Shown: piece after piece, positions 43,508 through 55,477 of the stretch
How the letters are laid out: the number at the start of each line of letters is the position of its first letter
How positions within the stretch are numbered: the stretch's first letter is position 1
Source of the DNA: Kudoa neothunni
Taxonomy: Eukaryota > Animalia > Cnidaria
DNA: 64,000 nucleotides
NCBI GenBank assembly: GCA_964304625.1
Contig: OZ199839.1
Coordinates: forward strand, 11,002,647 to 11,066,646
Direction: 5' to 3'
Notes under the pieces: generated by a model
Told to the model about the DNA's origin: nothing
Database searches by the model: none
Seen by the model: the letters and a program-made list of their open reading frames with translations, nothing else
Made by a program: the position numbers and the translations under genes

Positions 43508-45350
43508 ATGAAACTATTTTGGATTCTACTGATATGTAATTTTTTAATTTGGAGTTATAGTGTTGATTCTTTTAGATTGTTTCAATATTCTCTACTCAAG
43601 TACGGAAATTATTGATAATGATTATAGTAATAGCGAAAACCTTGGATTTGGAAACGGCTCTTCACCTGAAAATAAGCACCGAATTAAATGCATACTAAAT
43701 CAGAATAAGCCATTCGACCGGTATAAAAAAGGAGAGTACGATTATAATAATAAATCCAATCAAATCTGCGATGTAGAAAAGTTTCTAAGTGACTCAAAGA
43801 TAAGTCTTAACGCGCAAGAAAATAATTATGATAAGATTCGCAAAAAATTGTTTGAGGCAATTGAAGTAAGTAAGTTTTTAAAGCAGACGAAGTATATTTC
43901 AAATAATTATGAAAAAATTAAATCAATTATTGAAAAATACATTAACAATATTGATAATATTGTCCAAACCGAAAATACATTGAAAAGTGCTGCCGCGTCA
44001 TTTAAAAATAATAAAAGTGAATTTATTTCTAAATGGGAAGGTTACAAACAAGAATACGACAACTTTTACACATCAAAGAAAGAAATACAAGATATTTTCG
44101 ATTCAATAGACAGATCCATAAAAATTTGTTCTGGAAATGTGCAAAGCGTTCACGATTACAATTACGTAATTAGCAATTATAGTGTAAAAGACCTCTTGGA
44201 TACCAACTGGAATACGATAATCGATAGCGCTGGTAAGCTGAAAACTGCATGCGAAAATGAGAAAACTATTCCAAAAATCGATACAATTATAACCACTGCT
44301 TTTGATAATTATAAACAGATTATCAACGAAATTAAAGGGCAAAAAGACGATTTAACCAGTAAAGTTTCAGGTTTGTCCGATGAAGCTTCCAAATATAGTA
44401 GTCTGATGAATGATATCAACCAAATCACCCAAAATCATTTAACTACTAAACATGAACAGCTAACAGAAGGTTATCTTGATGCTGTTAAAATGATTGAAAC
44501 TAACAAAAGGGAACGGAGTTTCTGGAGCGATTATCTCAGAAGGGTATCTGTTCACGTATTAAAGAAAAGCGAAGCTGAAAAAGATTTATTTGAGAAAGCG
44601 ATTAGAGCTCTGAAGGAATATTTAAATGAGAATATAGACAAAGATGGAAATGAAGAAAAACTTAAAATATTAACACAACGTTTGGAAACAGACATCCGAA
44701 GTTTTAGCCAAAAACGGCAGTCGATATTATCCAAAATTACATTGGATGCTAAAAATGTAGATATCACAATTGAATGGATTAAAGCTATCTCTGATATAAT
44801 AATGTCACAATTTTATCAAAATAAAAACCGATATACGGCGTTATATGTGGGAAGATCAATTCCTAGCAATACCTACGCTTTCAATAGAAGCGCGACATCT
44901 ATTACCAAATATGTAAACGAACTTAAATCAACGGTGGAAAATATAAGAGAAGGATTGAGTAAAAGTACTCATCTTTACAATTCTGCTTCACGCAACAAGG
45001 ATGGAATTGAACATGAAGGAAAAAAACTGGAGGAAATATTTGAATCCCTACACATCAATGTACCGACTGTGCCTAAAAACGACGGAGGTAATTCAAAACT
45101 GAATACTATGAACCAAAAAAATGAGGTAACGACGGACCCAAAAATGAACAATATTACAGCTGAAGGGCAAGATCAATCATCAGAAACGACAACAGCTACA
45201 ATTACCAATAATTCGAAAAGTCAAAGCAAATCTAGTTTGATTGCTATCGTGGCAACTGTGTTAGGGCTTTTGGTGATTATTATTATTGTTGGAGTGGTAA
45301 TATACCGAACCAAATTGGCAACCAATCAAAAGTTCAACGATAAAATTTAG
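43508..45350 (+). CDS. Orphan type-I membrane surface protein (about 605 aa), copy A, intact
   Basis: Exon 1 (43508-43535), a 25-nt intron (43536-43560) and a long exon give signal peptide MKLFWILLILLILLDC. This is followed by a helical/coiled-coil ectodomain with 4 Cys, an S/T/N-rich stalk, TM LIAIVATVLGLLVIIIIVGVVIY and a short basic tail. Confidence 0.9.
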
Positions 45351-45522
45351 TCTTTGTTTGATGCAAAATTCATATTTATTTAATTCATTTTTAGTATTTT
45401 AGATTTATATGGAAAATTATTATTTTTTTATATTCATGTCTGAGTTTTATTTATGAAATTATAGAATTATTTTATTATTATAGTGAATTTATATATAATA
45501 ATATAAATGGTTTATAAAATAA

Positions 45523-45645
45523 CTAGTGCGAAAACCCAAGCGTTGCCGAGGAGTGGGTTAATTTAAAATTAAAAATGGTACTGGCTATTCTTATGGTAAT
45601 AAATATCTTCTATAATAGCTAAGATATTACAAAACTGATTTCATT
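45523..45645 (-). mobile_element. Helitron-like 3' end
   Basis: The minus strand ends cctcggcaacgcttgggttttcgcaCTAG-T (GC hairpin + CTAG). The paralogous locus lacks it, with A|T at 63494/63495. Confidence 0.65.
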
Positions 45646-46726
45646 AATGTGTAAAGCTATTTTTTATTTCCTCAAAAATAAAATTTCATAAAGATATCTT
45701 TTTATTAAAATTCACTGGTGAGTTTGAGCTTTATATCGTAGTTGGTTCTTTAAATTTGCCTACGTATATCCCCGTTTGTCAAAATAATACTTTGTGGAAT
45801 TTTTATTTAGTGGAGTAAATACTTTATTAAATATACAAATAGGCATAATTTCACAATTTCTAATATTTGACACTTGAGAATTCTTTTGACGATGTTGTAT
45901 TTGGGCATTTTAGATATTGAGGTTTATTCAAATTTATATTGCTTACACAATAATATAATTTTAAATCTTATTTTAAAATTTGTTATCTGGATTAAAAGTT
46001 CTTATCAATAATTAATAAATCGTTAAATTTAAAATATTTGAGTAACAATCTTACCTCAAGAGAAACTATACGCAATATTCTCTAAGTGTTATTTTCGTTA
46101 GCCTCACATTTCACAAAAATATTTACTTCTGTTAAAATTTTTGTAGATGAGTGAATGATTATTATTAAATTGAGATTTTATTTCCTTACCATGATTATTT
46201 ATGACAATTTATTGATTTGTGATTTTTCTAGGCGGGGGTCTCATAAATTGCCGCTATACTCTACGGAAAATAACGTTAATATTCAAAACATATGAGAATT
46301 TTTTAGTATCAAATTAAAATTTCAAAATGGATTCCTTTTTTTAATTTCACCACTTCTTTATCAACTGCATACGTTGATTATCAACATATAAATTTTTTTC
46401 ATTGTACATTAATGCGGTTTAAATAATAGCATTATTCAAACTTTATGCATCAAATTTTGACCATAAAATCTCCTAAATTTATTATACATAACCGTTATCA
46501 ATCTTAAATTAAAACCAATAAATATATTTAGAAATTTCTTTAAAAATCAACAGCTTTGCAGCACTACAAAAGAGGTTTCGTGCATATTAGACAAGGTTAC
46601 TTTGGCCGGCTAGATCGCATGGCGCACCTGGTTTATGACTAAAACCCCTGAACTTATTAGTAATATGAAAAACGTCATTATCAATCTTAAAACACGTTTT
46701 ACCGCTAGTGCATTTACGCATTCATA

Positions 46727-46792
46727 AAATCAGTTTTGTAATATCTTAGCCATTCTAGAAGGTATTCCTTACCGTAAGAATAGCCAGTACCA
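46727..46792 (+). repeat. Dispersed repeat (Helitron-like family), copy
   Basis: Matches 33387-33452 and the reverse complement of about 45578-45642. Confidence 0.75.
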
Positions 46793-47511
46793 TTGAAAAT
46801 GCGATTACCGTATCGAGAAGTCTTGATACTCGAAAATATCTAAAATTATTATAAATTTCGATTCGATGATGATCACTTTAATTGTTTAAGAAATAAGCTA
46901 AATCAGTGTATATCGACTTCTACTATCTCTGAAAAGTAACACAAAGTTCCCGGCTTCGTTAGTTATAAGGAATATTCTCCATTGAAAAGTTGGTCAAACC
47001 ATTCAAACAATACATTACTCTCTTCAATTAACCTATAGAAGTGTATATATGGTAATTACACACATTATTGGTTGGAAAAATTAAAATATAATAGTTATAT
47101 TGTAATAAAAATAATAAAAAATGTGCAGAACAAATTTGTAACCGACCCAATGTGGAAAATACAGTACACACTACTCTACGAGCTGAAATATTTTATTGAG
47201 TCCCCATTTTTATTACACATTTTTATTGGGTGAAAGAAATTGTCTCAAAAAAACGTATGAATAAAATAATGCGTATGGAATATTTTTAAAAGATTATAAA
47301 TGTATTGAAGTCCAAAGGTTGATCATATCGTAAATATTACATTTTAATTATAAAATTTTTATCATAAAATGATCGGACTGTCTATTGCAACAGGAGGAAA
47401 TAACCTTTAAAATAACATGTCAATTAAATTTTAAACTTCATTTTTATAATTGGTGACTTTTTTCGAAAAATAATTTAAAAATTTGGGGAAAATATAGTAG
47501 GTAGAATTTTC

Positions 47512-47710
47512 GGTAATGGGGAGTGTATGGCACCTGAAAATCACTATCTTACGAATGTTCTTTCTTTATATTTTTTCACGATTGTTTATAATAAAATAAT
47601 ATCGAGAGCAAAGATTCAGAACAAAATAACAACTTCTAAATTCTAACAATTCTTAAACCGAACATTGTGGGGTGCAGTGCAATCTCCATCATGAGACAAT
47701 GAACATTGAA
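47512..47710 (+). mobile_element. Merlin-family TIR
   Basis: ggtaatggggagtgtatggcacctgaaaatc..tttcacgattgtttataataaaataatatcgagagcaaagattcag is an inverted counterpart of 54870-55065. Confidence 0.7.
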
Positions 47711-48203
47711 TTTTCTCTTTCTCTCTATTCTTAATAACTCGACTGTTACATATTATCAATATTTAAATTTTTGTTTACTTTAATATAACAATTTTAAAAT
47801 GATAAACTTAAAAACAGGCATTTCGCATTTTTCACAAAAAACATCATATTTTCTATTACATAAATACATTGTATTAACTACTAATGTATATAAACAAGTT
47901 TATAATAGGTATTTTTAGTTTATAATTTTTTTGACGATTTTATATTTACTTATAAGATGATTATACTTGCATTTTTATTAACATTTATTAATTGCAAAAA
48001 TTATGCATGTAAATATCAACAATTCTAAATGTTCATTATGTCAAAGGCCTCATCAAAAAAATCTGTGCACAAATATTTTATTGAAAATTATTTATTTAAC
48101 AATTCTTTTGAATAAATAAAAATAGGAGCCAGAATCCATGTAAGATTTTAAAGACGGTGACAATAATTTACAATTTTTTATTGTTATTCTTAATTAATTA
48201 ATT

Positions 48204-48805
48204 CAAGGATTCTCAACCGGAGGGAAATGACGAGGGGTAAATTAAATAACATCCAATTTGGATGTGGAATTTTTTGCTTTATATGCTTGTGATGTATTGC
48301 AGGATTTCTAAGGAATTATATTATGTGGCGATATTAAAATCAATATGAATTAGGGAGAAATTCTTTCAAAATTAGTTAGGAACATGTATTTAACAGTTAT
48401 TTTTAAAACTATTATCAATCTCTATCTTTTATGCCTCTTTTATTTTTTGGTGATGCATCCCCTAATAATTATAATAATACTTAACATGATTATTTTCATG
48501 GTAATTAGTATTAATGGGTAAATAGTTGTGACTAATTTAATTATGTCTAGGACATAAGACCGAAGAAATTGGCAAGAAATAATTTACTTGGGAAAATCTG
48601 AAAAATTAAATCCATATACGGCTTGTAAGAGTTGATGGAATTAAAAATTGTTATTTTGCGAGCGTAAGTGTCTGTTAGGACAAAAATTTACCCCCAAACC
48701 TCAAATAACTCCTGCTATAACTAAACAGTATAAAACCTTACAGTAAACGTGAATTTTTCTTCCAAGTTAAGGGGATAAATATGAAAAAACGGTTGAGAAC
48801 CCCTG
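48204..48805. mobile_element. hAT-type MITE
   Basis: TIRs caaggattctcaaccg / cggttgagaacccctg (CAGGGGTTCTCAACC type). The 8-bp TSD is not conserved. Confidence 0.7.
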
Positions 48806-49121
48806 CATTATACGATTATATTTGATTTGTTTTATTAAGAATAAAACACAATTAATATTTAACTCAGTTTGGATTGTATATATTTTATTATATTATTATT
48901 TTTATAATCGTATTGGGATCGGATTTTAAATCTATACATTTTATAATTAGAGAATGTCGTTCTCGACGTTTATTTTCCAATTTCAGCAGTGCGCATGCTC
49001 ATACAAAACGTTCTGCGAAAAATAGTACAATACGTGGAAAAACAATATGATTTTATAATTTACCGTTATAATATAATATTGAAAGTATTCTAAATCGTTC
49101 ATTTGACAAACGCATCCTATC

Positions 49122-50184
49122 TTGCGTGAATACATGTTTCAGAGCGCGGAAATGTTAAAAATTCCCGCTGAAATTTTTTTTCAGCAATGCTGCAAACGAA
49201 TGGTGAAAAATCAAGATTTCGAAAAAGTGATCGGACGGAAAGCAACCTTCAATTTGTTTACTAATTATTGTAAACATCTCAACAAATTAACAAATTTTGA
49301 CATATTTCCGAAAATCTTTTCTCTTCTGTCTAATGGGAACATTTCCATGGAATTTTTAAAATTATTTAATATATCTGTAGGGGAAATATTGTAATTATAT
49401 TTCATCCAATTATGGAGATGTGAAAACCATATGAACTCTTGGATTCGATCGGCGTGGAAAAATCATACAATGGAGACAAAGATATTTAAATGAATTTAAG
49501 GTAAATATGTAATTCGCTTAATGATTCATTGGATGTCTTAGAAATACTCATAAATGATGAAACAGAATCATGGGTTGAATTCAACAAAAAGTCGGAAATG
49601 GCTGGAAAATATTAAACACAGCGTTGTATACAATTGTATGTACTGTACCATCTTATGTCAAGTACTTGTGGGATCTCTTTTCGAAACACTATTCCATGAT
49701 TCACAAGAATTTGAAGGAATGAATTTTTTGCAGATCTATTTTTATACAAAAGTGCAGAAAATTTCATGCAGAACTTGTTGACTCTATCAAACATAACGTC
49801 AATCGATCTTTTAACTACCAGATGTATCATCGGCAAATACGTATCCACCAAGGAGCGACTGTTTGGGAATGATCTAGAAGGCCAACAATACTTTGACAAA
49901 AATCATCGCAGATAACTTTTCTTATCAATCAGAAACAGCGGAACTCCATCAAAAATTACAATAGACACCTATTCTACATCTAAAAAAAATATTTGGCATA
50001 ACGGACGTCTCTTTAAACGTTTTTTCAATGAAATGTGTTTTTTCGATTTCATATTCTCGTCAACTGTATTTTGTTTTAACGGAAGTTTTACTTTACAATA
50101 TTTGCAAATTAATTCATTTTTAACATTTTCTATGTCCGTCCACTCTTCCAGAAAACTAGAAATTTCTCTCTTATGTCTAGTCAT
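49122..50184. mobile_element. Degraded hAT/CGGBP1-like transposase fragments
   Basis: Minus strand: BED-like ICKYCK..MKSKKH, then GVPLF..LR*FLSKY..FPNSRSL..TYLP. Plus strand: SIGVEKSYN (ERSFS-like) near 49450. Confidence 0.55.
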
Positions 50185-50319
50185 GTCTATGTTAACCCGG
50201 AAAAGATAGCCATCATTTATGCAAAATAAACGTCGAAACTTTAAAAAAATTCGACGGCTAAAATCGATTTTAATCGAAAACGGTATTCCCTACTTATAAT
50301 ATACCATATATATTCTTTA

Positions 50320-53300
50320 GGCTGTGTCTATTTTGTCGGACGCGCTTTTTCTCTTAAAATAATAATTCAATCGCTACAATTTTTTCCCAAAAATATCTTT
50401 TATAAATGCAGAATATAAATTTAGTGTCATTAATTCAGTGACGAATTTTAACATAGCTAATTTGTATCCATAATATCCAAATGAAAATACAGTAAAGTAA
50501 AACTATTTGGCCAATTCGTATTTAAAATTTTTATAATTAGGTAAATGTTTTTATCAGATGATTGATACACCACTAAAATTTAATAAAATGTTGAGTATTC
50601 TACTTTAAATAATAAATGTTTGAAATTATCTTGTATTGCGACGCCAAATAATTGTGACTGTTTAACTTCCACATAAAATTATATTTGAATATAATATATC
50701 GATATTGGTGTTGTTATTATTACTACTATCATCATTACCATAATTATAATTTTCTTTTTTTCTTAAACCAATAACTGTTTGAAATACACCTTTTGGTCTA
50801 CCTCTCAATTTCACTACTGTTGGCAGCTTAATTCCTATAATTTTATGAATTTAGCAAAATGGACAAAAGATACACACCCTTCAAAGATGGATTTTTAGTT
50901 GTGGTATCATCTACAATATTCGGGATCTCCATATCAATTATTGATGATGGAACATTATCATTAACTGCTTCTAGTATATCCTCATTCTCTAATCGTGATT
51001 CCTCAGTAACTAAACACGAAATAAAAATTCTACTAAAGACAATATCATTAATTACATGTTGGGATTGAAATCTCTTGATTGTTTATGATGACAGATTCAG
51101 ACATTAACTTGAACTAAATTAAGTTGATATATGAATAGTGGAAAAAATAGTCACCTTATCCAGAGAATCCCCATTGGAAATAAGAGAGATTAATTCACCT
51201 AAAATCTTTTTTAATGAATCATATTGACTCCCTGTTTTTTCAGACCCTAGCGAAGCTATTTTCTTACAAAGAATTTCTAGCTCCCTGTATCGCTTAAAAG
51301 CAGAATTCGGAACAGGGCACTGACTCGAAATTTCTGTAATACTTGGTTGCACACAACACGAAGGATTTTGAAGATATAAATTTTTGGTCATTTGAATAAA
51401 TGACAGGTAATATTCTTTGTGCCACCTCTTATTACAAATTTTCTCTTCATATAAATTCATGTTCATTATTTTTCTAGCGTAAATAATATGCCTACATGGT
51501 AACTCCATACTTACGTAGAAACAACATGTACAACTATTGGGATCAGGATTGGCATAGGATTCGATATGATTATTTATTTCATCTTGCATAATATTATACG
51601 CATATGAAGTCAACAATGTTTTATATTGTTCGTTAATGTCTGAATTTAATTTCTCAACAGTTTGGGTTGTCCACTCTCTAACTGCTTTATTCTCACGCTC
51701 AGTCCTCATACTTGATAAATAAATAAGCAGATCGCTGAAAAAGACTTCAATTGTTGAGAATTTTTTTATGATTTGTTTAATTTTGGAATTTATGCATTCT
51801 AATCGATTATTTGTTCTATTTAAAAAAGTACCCTTTAGGTTCATGTATGCCGGGCACCATTCATGTTTGATTGGATCCCAAGATTTATTATAATAAGTAA
51901 TGATTTTTTTGTTACATGTATTATTTAACAATTCATGGTAATTTTCATAAATTTTTGGATCATTGGTATAGCAAAGCTTTTGAATCAACTCTAAGGCAGT
52001 TTTTCTTTCGGCTTTGTTTATTCCCATTCTTAATGTAGAGATTTCTCTCCCAAATGTTCTTAAGACATGGTACAGGCATAAGTTTGTACTTACGTTAGGA
52101 AATATAGATCTTATAGAGTTTCTTTCAATCATGTCTTTATCCGTAATGAAACAAACTGTTTTGGTTGACATTTCCTCGTTATGTTTAAGTAGAGATTGAC
52201 ATAACCAGGTAACAGTCACGGTACTCTCCTCAGATAAAAGAGCAATAGCTCCTATTTGACTTTGCCCAAATGAATCGATAAACAGACATATATACAATGG
52301 CATACGATTATTGATTAATTTATAAGTGGCATCCATAAATACTAGTTCGGGAAATTTTTTAATAACGTTTTTCATATAAAGGTCTTGGAAAAATATTCCA
52401 GTCATTTCATTGGAGTTATTGTGCAATATTTCGATAGTTGCATTTGGGTGAGAATTTTTTATTGAATTAAACAATTCCGAAATATCCGACGAAACATTTT
52501 TTTTCAATGTTTGGATATAATTATGGATTTGCTTCAACGAAACCTTTTTTTGTGATTGGTTCATGATTTCTACTTGTACTCTTTTTAAATTTCCATCATA
52601 AAAATGAACATTTTTTATAAGATTCTTGCTTTCTTCATCTAATTTTCTATTCATTGGTAAAAAATCCCTAAAATGCTCATTTCTGTTGCAGCTGTGAGTA
52701 AGATCCAATTTTCTAATAACTAACATATTCATGTTTTTAGGAACTCGCAGTGTAATGAAGAAATTGCAACCACTTTTATGGCTGTTGATTTTTTCTCTTC
52801 CCAGCACTTTTAGGTTGTATCTGAATTCAAATTAATTACATCAACGTTTATATAGATAGTTTACAGTTTTACCACCATGAACACAACAAAAAGTGGCTTC
52901 ATAATAAACAAGATCAGAGTTCATGTCTCTATCAAATTTTTTTAGGGCAGTTGAGATTTTTCTAGAGTCTCGGATCCAGTAACAAAAGTTGTTCCACTTT
53001 GAGTACTTATCCATGAATTCTTTAGCCTTTTCAAAGTTTGTAAATGCATTTCCGACCATAGGTTCAGATGTAATATCCTGAATTAGTAGTGTTTGATCAG
53101 ACTCTCCTTCCATAGTGATTCTACTCGCGACTATCAAAGTTACAACCGCACGCTAGAGGGTATTTTACTCGTTTTATGCTGTTATTAACACATAAAATTA
53201 GATTAATTATATAAATAATACAGATTTATAAAAATTTAATGTCATTTATAATGATACTTATGAATGAGTTTAAAATATCCTCGATGTATTTTGATACCTA

Positions 53301-53431
53301 ATTATTAATTAAAAGATAAATGAAAACTAAATTTATATTCTGCATTTATAAAAGATATTTTTTGGAAAAAATTGTAGCGATTGAATTATTATTTTAAGAG
53401 AAAAAGCGCGTCCGGCAAAATAGACACTGCC
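50320..53431 (-). mobile_element. MULE/MuDR transposon (ZSWIM1/3-like), near-intact autonomous element
   Basis: TIRs of about 105 bp. Perfect 9-bp TSD TATTCTTTA (50311-50319, 53432-53440). Transposase motifs FMDATYK, ITDKD, CLYH and RTNNRLE, SWIM CTC..LPCRH, and a C-terminal RGRPKG. Confidence 0.97.
51119..53112 (-). CDS. MULE transposase (spliced; further 3' exons probably extend to about 50.7 kb)
   Basis: Exon 1 MEGESD..CVHGGKT, intron 52864-52821, then the 562-aa ORF. One extra A in an A6 run near 52790 breaks the frame. Confidence 0.85.
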
Positions 53432-53559
53432 TATTCTTTATGCATTAAAGAAAGCTGATATATCGTTTAATTTTAATCATTTTTGCATATTCATAGATAG
53501 ACATGTATTTATTTATTCAGTAGTATATTTAATCATACTAAAAAACGTTATTTAAAAAG

Positions 53560-55065
53560 TTCAAATTTTTCCCCATAAATTGATCTGAATAATTCCTCAG
53601 ATAAATATGCTTCTAAGTTTTCAAAAGAAACTCCTCTTTTTATTCTTTGGCATTTTGTTTCTTCAGTCTCCCCCATCAGGTCTCCGATTGGTATTCGTGT
53701 GAAACCCATCGCGAACATATTCTATAGAATGATTAATTTTTATATGATTATAACCAAGCGATGATAAACTATTGTAGGCAGACCATAAATCATTAAAAAT
53801 AGTCGACCTAGAAATGACTTCATTCTTGATAGTTTCGGTAAGGTTTCGGAATTTCCTTTTTTGATGTAGGAAAATATCGAACCTCCTTTAGTCATCTTTT
53901 GTTATTGTCGTCGACGTGACAAAGTGTCAAACTAAATATCCACGGCCCGTCAATACGGTTATCGTATCGTTCTCTGATGGCTCATATTGGCTTCAGCTCA
54001 TATCACCGATTGCTATAAGATCAAGAGTATAACAAGCCATAATAAAGAAATGTGATGTATTAAATAATAGAGATAATCACTTAGATCAACAAATTCTTTG
54101 TTTGGAGACGTCTTCCAAACATCTCTTTTTAAATAACGGTCACAATTATTTTTTCGTTTTCCATGGAGAAGGGTTTCATCTATTCCAACTAACGAAATCT
54201 TCTCCACTAAATTTGACTCGTTGATTAAAGTTGAGGGTGCAAATATCTCCAAGCTTTGTAAACCACATAGCTACCGTTTTCTTGTCCGAATTAATCATTT
54301 CGGACGCGGATAAAATAGAATTATCCATAGATCCGTAATAAATAATTTTAAAAATTTTTTTTGACTGTCAGGTTATGAGATGGACCATGACAACTTGAAA
54401 TAGAAAAGAACGTCCCGTTCCTAGGAGATACCTTGGTTTTGCATCTGACTCCCGTTAAGGTGGTTTTTAGAGACAACGTTATTACTTTTTTACAAAAATA
54501 GCAAAACGTATAATCATAATCATTCTGTTAGTATGATGTCATTTTTGGCATAGGTCTTCTGACATTCGATTTTCGTTTTGTTAATGAAAAAACATTTAAA
54601 ATTGTAACATTTAGAGCACCTATGCGGTTGAGAACGAAGATACCCTTTATGTAGCAATGCATTAAATAATTTCATGGGATCATTAATTAATGAAAAAAGG
54701 CGCCATTTTCTTAGAAAACTTAACGAATCCATTTCCTTAACAAATGCTAAGCTAACCCATTATTTTATTTAACAAAGTTTATATGTTGTTCAAATAAAGA
54801 AATTAAAATCATTATGTTCAATAATAAATCATGAAAGTAATGTTGAATTCGTAAATAAGTGAAAATTCAATGTTTGCTGTCACACGGAGGAGATTGTACA
54901 CGCATTCGACAGTGTTCAGGTCAAGAATTGTTAGAATTTAGAATTTGTTATTCTGAGCTGAATCTTTGCTCTCGATATTATTTTATTATAAACAATCGTG
55001 AAAAAATTAGAAAGAAGCAACATGCACAAGATAATGATTTTTAGGTGCCACACTCCCCTATTACC
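53560..55065 (-). mobile_element. Degenerate Merlin element
   Basis: Zn-ribbon HRCSKC, TVAMWFTKLGDICT, VGIDETLLHGKRKNN, GPWIF, GSTIFNDLWSAYN, INHSIEYV.DGFHTNT. TIR ggtaatag.. at 55065. Confidence 0.85.
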
Positions 55066-55477
55066 ATTATTTCTTCTTTCATTCGGTTTGTTATTCTATA
55101 CCTGATTATCGTATTTCGAATTATGCTCGTTGGTATCGTTTTTTTACTTTAAGTTAGTTATATCATTTTAAATGAGTATTTTGTAACAATGTTTAATATT
55201 TTTTCTAGTCTTGAAATATTATTATTTCCAATGTAGCTTTCATTATCTTAATGGTAATCAATGAACTAAAGATAAATTCATTGCAATATTCTGCAGACGT
55301 TGGCATATTTTGGTCTGTAAAAGACTTACGCCATTTTATAAGCGATTTGAACAAAGTTTAAATTTTTCTTTGGAGATTTCTTGTACTTGGGACTTGTGTA
55401 CGGTCATTAGATTTGACATTATAATTAGATGAAAATTTATCCTGTAGATATTGGCTGGCAGGAAATATTTTTATTAA

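Noticed and set aside
44103-44767. Minus-strand ORFs 44103-44342 and 44552-44767 (also 62134-62334 and 52014-52199)
   Set aside because: Antisense shadows of real coding sequence.
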